A stretch of 64,000 nucleotides of DNA. Origin: Malacoraja senta (taxonomy: Eukaryota). The stretch lies in contig CM075988.1 of assembly GCA_038087875.1 (NCBI GenBank), forward strand, positions 18,106,001 to 18,170,000. Direction: 5' to 3'. How positions within the stretch are numbered: position 1 is the stretch's first letter; each line of letters opens with the position of its first letter. Below, in pieces: positions 12,591 through 24,723 of this stretch. Made by a program: the position numbers and the translations under genes. Under the pieces are notes generated by a model. It was not told where the DNA came from. It ran no database searches and saw only the letters and a program-made list of their open reading frames with translations.

Positions 12591-15189
12591 GAGACCCGAA
12601 ACGTCACCTATCCATGTTCTCCAGTGATGCCACCTGTCCCGCTGACTTATCCCTGGTCTCTGGCGCTGTAAGGCTGCAAATGCACTGCTGTGCCTTGTGT
12701 TTGCAGAGCTCCTTTTATAAGCCCACGATACCTCAGATATGTCACAACCATGAGTACAACCAGCAGTTACTGGTATAATGTGGGGAACAGGACAGTCAGT
12801 TTGCAAACTGCCGTCTACAGTATGAAAATGACCAAATGATGAACTTGTGATATAGGTTAAGAGGTAACTGCTGTCCCCACACTGGGCTGAAGAAACATTC
12901 TCGCGTCACAGTGGTCAGGCTGCATTTGGAATATACTGTGTTCAGTTTAGGTCACCCTGCTACTTGAGGGATGCTGAAGATAGACACAAAATGCTGGAGT
13001 AACACAGCGGAACAGGCAGCATCTCTGGAGAGTTACTCCAGCATTTTGTGTCTATCTTCATGTAAATTAGCATCTGCAGTTCCTTTCTATACATACTGTA
13101 TGAAGGATCAAGGCAAGTGGGTCAAGAGTGCCATTTAGCTGGAAAAAGCCCAGAGAAGATTTACGAGGATGTTGCCAGGACTTGGGCTGCTCTATAGGGG
13201 GAGGTGTTGGGCAGGCTAGGATTTTATTTACAGAGGTGCATAAAATCATGAGGGGAATAGATAGGGTGAATGCAGTCTTTTTTACTCCACAGTAGGGGGA
13301 AATGAAGAACCAGAAGATGTGGCTTTAAGGTAAGTGGGGAAGATGTAATAGGAACCTGAGAAGCAACTTTTCCACACAGAAGGTGATGGGTGTATGGAAC
13401 GAGTGGACCGAGTTGGGGCAGGTAGAAGCTGGGTCGAAGGACCAGTTTCTGTGTTGTATGACTCTATGAATCACGATGGTGGTGCTGACCAGAGACCAGG
13501 GATGCAGGATTTCATTCTCCCGGCTGCTGCCTCCCTCTGCTGTACAGAGGAGTTGGCCAAACTTCCATTTCCTAGTGCCATTGACGCGGACCGGATTTTG
13601 GAACTTTGGAAATGGCGCCAAATCTGGCGACTCAAAACAATTTCACAGTGTTTTACACGTGACACCATTGAAGACGTGCAGCTTTTATTGGCTTCTGTAA
13701 ACCTTGAGTGTAGGATAGAACTAGTGTACATGTGATCGCTGGTGGGCGCGGACTCGGTGGGTCGAAGGGCCTGTTTCTGCGTCGTATCTCTAAACTAAAT
13801 TATAAGGTGAAACACTGGCTTCTGTCGTGAAGTGGGAGTCTGGGACTGGCAGGCATAGAGTCATACAGCCTGGGAACAGGCCCTTCGCCCCGACTTGTCC
13901 ATGCTGACCAATGATGCCCCATTCAAACCAGTCCAATTTACCCACATTTGGCCCAGATCCCTCCAAACCTTTCCTATCCATGTACCTGTCCAAACATCTG
14001 TTAAATGTTGAGGACTACCCAGCACAACTAAAGAATAGGTGACGTTTCGGGTCGAGACCCGACCTGAAACATCACCCATTCCTTCTTTCCAGAGCTGCTG
14101 CCTGTCCCGCTGACTTACTCCAGCATTTTGTGTCTATCTTTGGTAAACCAGCATCTGCAGTTCCTTCCTACACAAATAAACAACATCCTGACTCACCATC
14201 TGAAGAGGGAGAGGCAGAAGGCCTCATCGCGTCTACACGCTATTGGCATGTGGGTGCATGAAGAGCCATGTGCTGTGGTCACGGATCCAGTGCAGGCAGG
14301 TGGGATTGACTGAAGCAATGTTCAAGGGCCGAATGGCCTTCTGCAGTGATAGAATTTTTCTACCATGCCCAAATATCACATTATCTGCCTTTGTGTCAGC
14401 TTGTTTCCTTGCAAAGTACTTTGGGATGTTACAGGAGCTACAGAAATGAAATTTACACTGTGTTGTTCTGAATCAGGCCTGCTGTACCGAGAGCAGCCAG
14501 CTGGGGGTGCCACTGGCCTGGTCCAGCACCAGCTCGGCAGAGCCACCCACAGGTGATGCCCGGCATTTCAAAGAGTAGCAGCACAGGTTTGCAATACAGA
14601 AGGTGCACAGTCTGCTTTGGACTAGGGACATTATCCCAGCATGGAAAGCTCAGGAAATTCTGCACAACTAAATATAAATGATTTAGATGAAAACGCAGGT
14701 GGGCAGATTACTAGGTTTGCAGACAATATAAAATTTGGGGGAGCTGCGGAAAGAGAGAAAGGTTATCAAAGGTTACAGCAGGATATAGACCAGTTACAGA
14801 GTCATACAGAGTCTCTTTTCACTATCCGTTGTATGGATTGTATGCACTTATGTATGGGTTGTCACAGAATGAAAGGACATACCTTTAGAATGGAGATGAG
14901 GAGGAATTTCTCTAACCAGAGGGTGGTGAATCTGCAATTCATTGCCACAGATTGTGGTGGAGGTCAAATCAATGGGTATTTGTAAGGCAGAGATTGACAG
15001 ATTCTTGATTAATAACGCCATCAAAGATTATGGGGAGAAGGCAGAAGAACATAGATCAGCCATGATTGAATGGCAGAGTAGACCCGATGGGCTGAATGGC
15101 CTCATTCTGGCCCCATGATAGTACTTATTTTCTAATGTGATCTGACTGGATAGCAGGCAAATAAGGTTTTGTACTTATCTCGGTACATA

Positions 15190-15508
15190 GAGTCATAGTG
15201 TCATAGATTCATACAGCATAGAAACAGGCCCTTCAGCCAAATTTGCCCCCGCTGGCTAACATGTCCCATCTACACTGGTCCTACCTGCCTGCGCTTGGTC
15301 CGTATCCCTCTAAATCTGTCCTATCCATGTACCTGTCAAAATGTTTTTTTAAACGTTGCGATAATACCTGCCTTAACTACCCCCTCCGGCAGCTCAATCC
15401 ATACACCTACCACCCTTTGCGTGAAAAAGTTACCCCTCAGGTTCCTATTAAATCTTTTCCCCTTCACCTTAAACCTATGTCCTCTAGTTCTTGATTCCCC
15501 TACTCTTA
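15190..15508 (-). mobile_element. CR1/HER1-like 3' end
   Basis: Translates VGESRTRGHRFKVKGKRFNRNLRGNFFTQRVVGVW. Confidence 0.85.
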
Positions 15509-15510
15509 CA

Positions 15511-16340
15511 AGATACATGTATTTGTCACATGTGCCAGTTGGCACAATGAAATGTGTGATCACCATACAGCCATACAATAAAAATAAACAACACCACACA
15601 CGATAGAGTTCAACATAAAACATCCCCACACAGCAGAATCAAAAGTTTCCCACTGTGAGGGAAGGCACCAAAGTCAGTCATCTTCCTCTGATGTTCACCC
15701 GTGGTCGGGGCCTCCGGAGCCCTCCGCAGTTGCCGCCCAGGCCCGCTCGCCGGGATGATGGAACTCCGATGTCGGAACGGGAGGCCAACCTCAGCGGCGT
15801 GGACCTCCAAATCGGCCGCTTCCCACCGGAGTCCGGGGCTCCTGAAGTCCCCAGGCCGCGCCAGGCGGAGATTCACTCTGGCGGCCCTCGGCAAAGGGCC
15901 CCAGGGACTCCGCGATGTCGGTCAGCGCCGCCCGTGCTGGGAGCTCCGCGAACCACAGCCCCGCGATGTCGATGCTGCAGGCCCAACGCTCCGGAGCTTC
16001 AAACGGCGATCCAGGTAGGTATCGCCCGCTCCACGGTGAATCCTGCGCCGCGCCGCCGCTGCCGAAGCTCTGGTCCGGTCCCCGGTCTCTGGTAGGAAAG
16101 ACCGCGCGATCCAGTTGGTAGGCCGCGAGGAGGGGGGGCGAGGACGCGACACGGAGAAATAGTCGCATCCTCGCCAGGAAGTGACTGGGAAACAGTTTCC
16201 CCCCTTACCCTCCCTCCCTCCCCCACATAGAAAAACTAAAGAATCCCCCAAAACAAACTGTTTAGACAAACTAAAATTAAAAAAAGATGGAAAAAAACAG
16301 ACAGACTGTAGGCAGAGGCGCCTTCAATGCGGCGCCCTAG
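15511..16340 (-). mobile_element. GC-rich non-autonomous retroelement, copy B (inserted in a CR1 fragment)
   Basis: Same termini as copies A, C and E. Core closely similar to copy D. Possible 8-bp TSD agatacat at 15511 and 16339. Confidence 0.7.
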
Positions 16341-16947
16341 ATACATTGTGCATTTACCCAATCTATGGTGAGAGTAATAATCCAATACCAATGTCAATAG
16401 AATGGCGGAGTGGACTTGATGGACTGAATGGCCTATTTCTGCTCCGATGACTTATGAACTTATGAACAACCGGTAAAAAGGAGAGGCACTTGATTCACAG
16501 GGAACTTTGGTGAATTTTGAACACGAACTGCAAACAGCCTCTGCATTCTCAGCGGGTCTGAATTCCCAATCGCATTATCTATAAATGGTGGCCAACTCAA
16601 CATCGTTTCATCAGCTTAATTCCGATTTAATAGAAACAACTCATCAAAATAATAAACAGAATGATTGCTTGTTCATTTTTAATTTATGGACATTGTTATA
16701 TTCAGCTTAAATTATTTGCTAACAAACTGTAGAAGATGGCAGTTAATTAACTCCCCTCGATAACGGGATTTCAACGATTGAGTGGATTTGTTTTTAATTG
16801 CCTGATTTAACTGATTATGTTGCCTACTTTGCCCCTCCGCTCCTCCAACGCATGGGTAATCCTTATCAGGGTCTTTCATAACCTGCAGATCCAGCTGTGT
16901 GCAAAACCAACTCTGTCCCCTCCCATCTCCTGTGTTCTGCTCACTGG

Positions 16948-17320
16948 TTATAAGATTGTTAAGGGCTTGGACACACTAGAGGCAGGAAACATGTTCCCGA
17001 TGTTGGGGGAGTCCAGAACCGGGGGCCACAGTTTAAGAATAAGGGGTAAGCCATTTAGAACGGAGATGAGGAAACACTTTTTCTCACAGAGAGTGGTGAG
17101 TCTGTGGAATTCTCTGCCTCAGAGGGCGGAGGCAGCTTCTCTGGATGCTTTCAAGAGAGAGCTAGATAGGGCTCTTAAAAATAGCGGAGTCAGGGGATAT
17201 GGGGAGAAGGCAGGAACGGGGTACTGATTGGGGATGATCAGCCATGATCACATTGAATGGCGGTGCTGGCTCAAAGGGCCAAATGGCCTACTCCTGCACC
17301 TATTGTCTATTGTCTATTGT
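16948..17320 (+). mobile_element. Young CR1 3' end, (TATTGTC)n tail subfamily
   Basis: YKIVKGLDTLEAGNMFPMLGESRT...GYGEKAGTGY*. Near-identical to 23188-23726 and 56265-56656. Confidence 0.9.
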
Positions 17321-17324
17321 TTAT

Positions 17325-17655
17325 TGGTCTCATCTAAACACAAGTGGATGAGGAGAGGATGATTCCACTAGTGGGAGTCTCGGACTAGTGGTCATAGCCT
17401 CTGAATTAAAGGACGTTCCTTTAGGAGGGAGATGAAAAGGAATTTCTTTAGTCAGAGGGTGGGGAATCTGGAATCCTTTGCTACGGAATGCTGTGGAGGC
17501 CAGGTCAATGGATATTTTTAAAGCCGAGATAAATAGATTCTTGATTAGTACCGGTGTCAGGGGAATGGGGTTAGGAGGGAGAGATAGATCAGCCATGATT
17601 GAAGTACTGTAGATGATGGGCCGAATGACCTAATTCTGCTCCTATTACTCATGAC
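17325..17655 (+). mobile_element. CR1 3' fragment
   Basis: gggagtctcggactagtggtcatagcct...gggccgaatgacctaattctgctcct. Confidence 0.8.
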
Positions 17656-17814
17656 CTTAAGACAAAGTGCTGGAGGAACTCAGCAGGTCAGGAGGGAATG
17701 GACAAGACAACTTCAGTTCAGTTTAGTTTATTGTCACGTGTACCGAGTCAGCGGAAAGACAATACATAATTACAATTGGGCCATTCACAGTTTACAGATA
17801 CATGATAAGGGAAT

Positions 17815-17997
17815 GTGTCAGAAAGAACTGCAGATGCTGATTTAAATTGAAGGTAGGCACAAAATGCTGGAGTAACTCAGTGGGACAGGCAGCATCTCTG
17901 GAGAGAAGGAATGGTCTCGACCCGAAACGTCACCCACTCCTTCTCTCCAGAGATGCTGCCTGTCCTGCTGAGTTACTCCAGAATTGTGGGTCTACCA
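17815..17997. repeat. Penelope-derived terminal repeat, inverted pair
   Basis: cacaaaatgctggagtaactcag...ggagagaagga followed by its reverse complement, with gacccgaaacgtcaccc at the centre. Confidence 0.8.
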
Positions 17998-18251
17998 TTA
18001 TAATGGAATAACATTTAGTGCTAGGTAAAGCCAGCAAAGTCCGAACAATGATAGTCTGAGGGTCACTAATGAGGTAGTTTTGAGTTGCGACGCCCCTTCA
18101 AACACTCCGTTGTGTTTCTGAGGCAACCTTTGACACGTTCAGATTGGATTTTAAATTCTCAATCTGTCTCTCAAGTGATTGTCCAAGATTGCGTGACACT
18201 GTCGTGACGCAGATGCGGGAAGGTCCTTCCGGTGATGGTTTGTGTCCCATT

Positions 18252-18685
18252 CATAAGTTCAAGGAGCAGAATTAGGCCATTTGGCCCATCGAGTCCATTC
18301 AGCCATTCATTCATGGCTGATCTATCTTTTCCTCTCAACCCCGTTCTCCTGCCTTCTCCCCTTAAACCCTGACACCCGTACTAATCAAGAATCTGTCAAT
18401 CTACACCTTAACAATATCTACTGACTTGGCCTCCACAGCCGCCTGTGGCAATAAATTCCACAGATTCACCACCCTCTGACTAATAAAATTCTTCCTTATC
18501 TCCTTACCAAAGGTACTCCCTTTTATTCTGTGCCCCAGACTCTGGTCCTAGACTCTCCCACTAGTGGAAGCATCCTCTTTACATCCACTCTATCCAGGCC
18601 TTTCACTATTTGGTAAGTTTCAATGAGGTGCTCCCCTCATCCTTCTAAACTCCAGCGAGTACAGGCCCAGTGCCATCAAACGCTG
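18252..18685 (-). mobile_element. CR1 3' fragment
   Basis: Reverse complement of [10 protein letters not shown]...WNLLPQ plus 3' tail. Confidence 0.85.
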
Positions 18686-18696
18686 TCCTCTGGTTA

Positions 18697-19349
18697 TTCA
18701 AGGTTTCAAGGTCAGTTTATTGTCATGTGTACCAATTAAGGTATAGTGAAACTCGATTACCATACAGCCATACAAAAAAAAGCACCAAAAGTTAACATAA
18801 ACATCCACCACAGTGGATTCCCCACAGTCCTCACTGGGATGGAAGGCAATAAAGTCTAATCTTCTTCCCTCTTTATTCTCCCGCAGTCGGGGCAGTCGCA
18901 CCATCCGCAGTCAGGGCGATCGAAGCTCCCGTGTCTGGGTGGTCGAAGCTCCTGCGGCTTGGAGCTCCCGAAGTCGGTCCCTAACCAGGTACCGCGGACT
19001 TCGCGATGTTAAGTCCGCAGTCTCCCACGGTTGGAGCTTCCTAGGTCGATCCCTGACAAAGGGATCGCCAGCTCAAAGATGTTGCCCTGCAGGCTCCCGC
19101 GGTTGGAGCTCCAGGGAGTACCGTCAGCCAGCTCCTCCATGTTAGGCCGCAGTGTGGACGGAGATACGATGCCGAATGAAATCGCATCTCCGTCGAGGTA
19201 AGAGATTTAAATAAAATTTCCCCCACCCCCTTCACATAAAACAAGCTAAAGAACACTAAAACAGACATTTAACACATACTAAAAAACAACAAAGAAGGAA
19301 AAGGACGAGACAGACTGTTGGCGAGGCAGCCATTGTGGGCGCCACCCCC
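18697..19349 (-). mobile_element. GC-rich non-autonomous retroelement, copy C
   Basis: Minus strand starts gtggcgccc-acaatggctgcctcgccaacagtctgtc and ends ttcactataccttaattggtacacatgacaataaa plus (ccttgaaa)n. Confidence 0.7.
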
Positions 19350-19935
19350 TACTCTGGGCATTGATGACTCGGTACAACTGTTGCGCACTTGCAGGAAGTG
19401 GGAATTAGCAGGAGGGCACCGTGTTTTTTTGGGGGAAGGAATGGTCTTCAGAGCTGTAGATTAGACCTGTGGATATCAAGTGTGAGGGTGGTTTGTTGAC
19501 AGCAGCCCTTTTGTTCATGAATGGATGTCCTGAGCAGAGCAGGGTTGAGATCTCTGGTCAGGCTGCCAGCTCCCAGTCACCGCCATCAGACTAATTCATC
19601 CTGAGCGGAGCTTCATCTTTGACCTCTGGCTGGCAGAGGCACTGTCGGGGCAACCCGTTCTCCTGAGAAAATACAATAAATAAAAGAGAAATAGAATGGT
19701 TAAGCTCAGACCACTTGCCACGTGTCAGGAATAGGAGGTAAAATGGAGTCGAAACAGGAAACTGCAGATGCTGGTTAATACTCTGGGCCTGTACTCGCTG
19801 GTGTTTAGGATGGGGATCATTGAAAGTTACTGGATAGTTAAATGTTCTGGATAGAGTGGATGTGGAGAGGATGTTTCCAGTCGTGGGTGAGTCTACGACC
19901 AGAGTGTACAGCCTCAGAGTAGAAGGACGAACCTT

Positions 19936-20512
19936 TGATTTGATTTGATTTGATTCAACTTTACTGTCATTGTGCAGAGTACAAGTACAGAGACAACTAA
20001 ATGCTTTTCCACCAGACAGCCATACGAATAATAAAATAAATAAATAAGAACACAGAACACGATGGTCTATAACACAAACATCCCCACACAGCTGTATCAA
20101 AGTTTCCCACTGTGAGGGAAGGCACCAAAGTTCAGTCAACCTCCCCTTTGATGTCCTCCCGTGGTCGGGGCCTCCCGAACCCCCCGCAGTCGCCGCTACG
20201 GGAGGCCCGATGTCCAGGCCCTCTCGCCGGGATGATGGAACTCCGACGTCGGTACGGAAGAAGGTCCTCAGCGGCTTGGACCACTGAATCGGCCACTTCC
20301 TACCGGAGTCCACGGCTCCCGAAGTCCACAGGCCGAGCTGGGCGGAGATTCAACGCTGGCGGCCCTCGGCTAAGGGTTCCAGGACTCCGCGATGTTGGTC
20401 AGTGCCGCCCGCGCTGGGAGCTCCGCAAACCACAGCTCCGCGATGTTGATGCAGCAGGCCCAACACTCCGGAGCTTCAAACGGCGATCCCAGGTAAGGCA
20501 TCGCCCGCTCTG
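19936..20512 (-). mobile_element. GC-rich non-autonomous retroelement, copy D (5'-truncated, inside a CR1)
   Basis: Core aligns by eye to 15650-16030. (ATCAA)n tail. The host CR1 (19780-19935, 20515-20752) resumes after it. Confidence 0.7.
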
Positions 20513-21879
20513 GGCGAAAGGAGATGAGGAGGACTTTCTTTAGCCTGAAGGTTGATAATCTATTGCCACAGATGGCTGCGTAGGCCAAGTCCTGAGGTAT
20601 TTTTACAGCGGGGATTAGTAGATTCTTGATTAGTAAAGGCATCAAAGCTTAGAGGGAGAAGGCAGAGGAATGGGGTTGGGAGGGAAAGATAGATCAGCCA
20701 TGATTGAATGGCAAAGTAGACTGGATGCGCCAAATGGCCTAATTCTGCTCCTGTGCTGGGTGCTGCCTGACCTGCTGAGTAACTCCAGCTCTTTGTGTCC
20801 TTTTGGGGAATAAATTGAGCGCATGGAATTGAGTCTTTGTGATCTTTAAATTTGAAAAGATCAAACAATCTAAATTAAATTTCATGGCAATATTTCATTA
20901 ATTTGGATCTGTGGCTGGGTTGTCTGCCTGCCTGCCTGCCTGCCTGTCGCTGTAAGATACATGCCAGCATCCTCACTGACTCTCAGGATTAGCGAACCCA
21001 CAGCTGCCTCCACTGCCAAAGCAGTAGAAAGATTAAACTTTAAAATAATTGTCGTCTTTTGTTAATTATCCTTTAATTTCTAACGCAGTAATGCTAATGC
21101 TAAACGGTGCTGCAGCGTGATATGTGATTTATTATTTAGATGGATATTAGTGATGTATAATGTATAATGCTATTAAAATTTTAAACAGGGACATTTCATT
21201 GAAGGATCCCCTGCATGTGGGGACCAGGAAACATTTCAAAGGCACTTCTAATTTGTTACCGTTTAACACTTTCTGGGAGGTTCGGTGACCAGAAGATCAT
21301 AATTTAATACGATTGGCGAAAGTACATTTTGGGCCATAAGACCCTAGGAGTTGAATTAGGCCGTTTGGCCCATCGAATCTATTCTACCATTCAATCATGG
21401 CTGATCTATTTTTCTCTCTCAACCCCATTCTCCTGCATTCTCCCCAAAGCCCTTGACGTCCTTACTAATGAAGAGCCTGTCGACCTCCGCTTTAAAAATA
21501 CCCATTGACTTGGCCTCCACCGCTGTCTGTGGCAATGAATTCCACAGATTCACCACCCTTTGACACAAACAATAGTTTTATAGATCGCAGGTAGTAAGTC
21601 ATAGAATCATTGAGCAAAGCAGCACGGGAACAGGCCCTTCGGCCCACCATGTGCGTTCCTTTCTGCGCCAGCCTACCATGTGAGATCTTGTCAAATGGCT
21701 TACTGATGTCCACGTCGACATTGCCTCTCAACCTGCCTTCATCAATCTTCTCAGTTACCTCCTCAAACAATAATGAGTGAGGCAGGATTTCCCCGCACAA
21801 TGCCATCAGGCTCTGCTTTTCCAAATGTACATAAATTCCAACCATTGGGTAATTCCATCCATTTCCCGTATAATTAGGG

Positions 21880-22068
21880 CCTGGCACAGTGGTGCAGCTA
21901 GTAGTGCTGCTGCTTTACAGCGCCAGAGACCTGGGTTCGATCCTCACCTCAGCTACTCTCTGTGTGGAACTTGCATGTTCTCCCTGTGACCACGTGGGTT
22001 TTCTCCGGGTGCTCCGGTTTCCTCCCACATCTCAAAGATGTGTGGGTTTGTAGGTTGATTGGCCTGTG
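21880..22068 (+). mobile_element. HE1-type SINE (3'-truncated)
   Basis: ggcacagtggtgcagc head, gggttcgatcct B box, core. Confidence 0.8.
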
Positions 22069-22269
22069 AAAATGAAGCTCTGTGGGCAGAGGATAGACAT
22101 GGGATTGAACATTTTTGCCGTAGATATAGTACAATGTCCTCCTTGTATGCTGTGTTATTTAGAACCCAGGAAGAACCCTCGGTGTGAGAAGTCTTGCCCT
22201 GGTTTACAAGTCTGTCATTGCATCTATGACTATCCCACAGGCTCATTCTCCCCTAATTCATGGAGGCTT

Positions 22270-22600
22270 GTTTAGTTTAATTTAGTTTAGTTTAGAGATG
22301 CAGCATGGAAACGGGACCTTTGGCCCAAGTCTACACCAACCATCGATCACTCTCACACCATTTCTATGTCCTGCACAACTGGGGCAATTTACAGGGGCCA
22401 AGTAACCTGTAAACAAGCCCGCTCACACCTTTGGAGTGACTCCCGACATGTCCTGTCTGGGGTACTGGTTGCCTGGAGCACCCGGAGAAAACCCACAAGG
22501 TCGTGGGGTGAATGTACAGACAGCACCCATGGTCAGGATCGAACCCTGGTCTCTGGCGCTGTAAGGCAGCTGCTCTACCAGCTGCGCCAGTGTGCCGGTC
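22270..22600 (-). mobile_element. HE1-type SINE
   Basis: (tttag)n tail on the left, caggatcgaacc B-box complement on the right. Confidence 0.75.
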
Positions 22601-23187
22601 GCCCTGCTGACGGCCCCCGATTCCCTCACTCCACCACTGTAGACCGTGCCTTCAGGCTCATGAGTCCAACGCTCTGGAATTTCCTCCGCAGCGCTCCCTC
22701 TGCGCCTTTCACACGCTCCTTAAAACCGGCCACTTTGACCGAGCGACCCAAATGTCTTTGTGTGACTACTTGCTCGCTGCTGAGGTCGATTTTGTGGAGT
22801 CAAAGGTGCTACAGTACGTAATTGCAAATTGTTGGTGCAGGTTTAATGAATGCGTTTACAATCAGTGTTTATGAACAGCCCAGCAAAGAGTGCACGACTC
22901 CCTCCGTTTATGAATCCTACCCTTGTGTGCTCTCCTTCCACACCAGCACGTTGAGATGTGCAGCAATAGGAATATTAAAACTCAAGTAATTTTCTTTGTC
23001 TTGAAAGGTCCTGGGGCAGTGGTGGTGAAGTGAACTCCTCGAGCTGTCATGTTTAATGCCACCCACATCCTAGGCAAAGCTGCCACACGTGGCTCGCTGG
23101 CAATGATTCACCAGCCGTGGTGAGTGGAAAGAGCGCAGCGATCTGTCTGTCTGATTTCCTCTCTCTTCTCTGCCCTTCCACCCTTTC

Positions 23188-23726
23188 AATGCTAATTTGA
23201 GGAAGGACATTCTTGCTATTGAGGGAGTGCAGCGTAGGTTTACAAGGTTAATTCCCGGGATGGCGGGATGGGTTACATGCTGAGAGAATGGAGCAGCTGG
23301 GCTTGTACACTCTGGAGTTTAGAAGGATGAGAGGGTGTCTCATTGAAACATATAAGATTGTTAAGGGTTTGGACATGCTAGAGGCAGGAAACGTGTTCCC
23401 GATGTTGGGGGAATCCAGAACCAGGGGCCTCAGTTTAAGAATAAGGAGTAAGCCATTTAGAACAGTGACGAGAAAACACTTTTTCTCACAGAGAGTTGTC
23501 AGTCTGTGGAACTCTCTGCCTCGGAGGGCGGTGGAGGCAGGTTCTCTGGATGCTTTCAAGAGAGAGCTAGATAGGGCTCTTAAAAATAGCAGAGTCAGGG
23601 GATATGGGGAGAAGGCAGGAACGGGGTACTAATTGGGGATGATCAGCCATGATCACATTGAATGGCGGTGCTGGCTCGAAAGGCCGAATGGCCTACTCCT
23701 GCACCTATTGTCTATTGTCTATTGTC
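23188..23726 (+). mobile_element. Young CR1 3' end
   Basis: [22 protein letters not shown]...LGLYTLEFRRMRG...GTGY*. (TATTGTC)n tail. Confidence 0.9.
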
Positions 23727-24310
23727 TCTCAGCCCAAATCCGTCTCCACGCCAAAGGCATTTGTGTTTCCGATAAATGACATTTTGCTTCTGTTTATGGT
23801 AGGCAAACAAATCACAGCAATACTGCTTGTGTATTTTCTTGGGGATAAAAGTTGTTTATTAAATCCTACTGTTTCTAGACGGCCAAGGGCACCAAAAACA
23901 AATTGTTTTATCGAGTCCTCTGCCTGGTTTACTGGTTGTTGCATCGTGTCGGAATCAGGTGCCTTGTGGGCCCATTCCTCCTCGGTTCCCAGTCCAGTCC
24001 CAAACCCAACAAAACCTCCATCTCGCTCCTGCTCTCCCTCACACCCTGTCCCAAATCCTGCTCTCTCCAACTTCCAGTCCCACTCCAGTCCCAACGCCAG
24101 CTCCCAACCCAGGAGTCCTGGTCCAAGTCTTATTCCATATTCACCACATCCACTCGCTTACCCGACACCTCCCATCCCCATTCCGAATACTAGTCCAGCT
24201 CCAACCTCCTCCAGCCCAATCCCATTCCAGCTCCAGGATTTGGACTCCAGTTCCAAATCCTGCTCCATTTATTCCTGCTCCAGTTCCCTTCTGGCTCTCA
24301 ATCCTGTTTC

Positions 24311-24405
24311 GGGTCTGAAGAAGGGTCCTGACCTGAAACGCCACCCATTCCTTCTCTCCAGAGGTACTGCCTGTCCCGCTGAGTTACTCCAGCATGTTGT
24401 GTCTA
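24311..24405 (+). ncRNA. Minimal type I hammerhead-ribozyme-like motif in a Penelope-derived repeat
   Basis: GGGT-CTGAAGA-ag-ggtc-ct-gacc-t-GAAAC-GCC-ACCC. Stem I (GGGT/ACCC) and stem II are intact, but the cleavage triplet is GCC rather than GUC. Confidence 0.6.
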
Positions 24406-24723
24406 AGGTCAGTTTTTTTTCTCAGGTTAGGGTTCAAAACTAGATGGCAAAGGTTTAAGGTGAGAGGGGAAGGACTTAAAGTGGATCTGAGGGGCAACCT
24501 TTTCACACACAAGGTGGTGGGTATGTGGAACAAACTGCCAGAGAAAGCTTCCATTGACTCCATTTATACCTCATGCTGCCTCGGCAAGGCCAGCAGCATA
24601 ATCAAGGATGAGTCGCACCCTGGCCACTCCCCACTCCCCACTCCACTCTCCCATCGGGCATAAGGTATAGAAGTGTGAAAACGCACACCTCCAAATTCAG
24701 GGGCAGTTTCTTCCCAGCTGTTA

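Noticed and set aside
15610..16270. Overlapping Arg/Pro/Gly-rich ORFs, or a CpG-island gene promoter
   Set aside because: They lie in a dispersed GC-rich repeat with several copies in the window. Open frames are expected at this GC content.
23649..24443. 264-aa ORF
   Set aside because: A chimera of CR1 tail, unique sequence, low-complexity (CCAGTC/CCAGCT-like) repeats and a Penelope repeat, with no recognisable domain.
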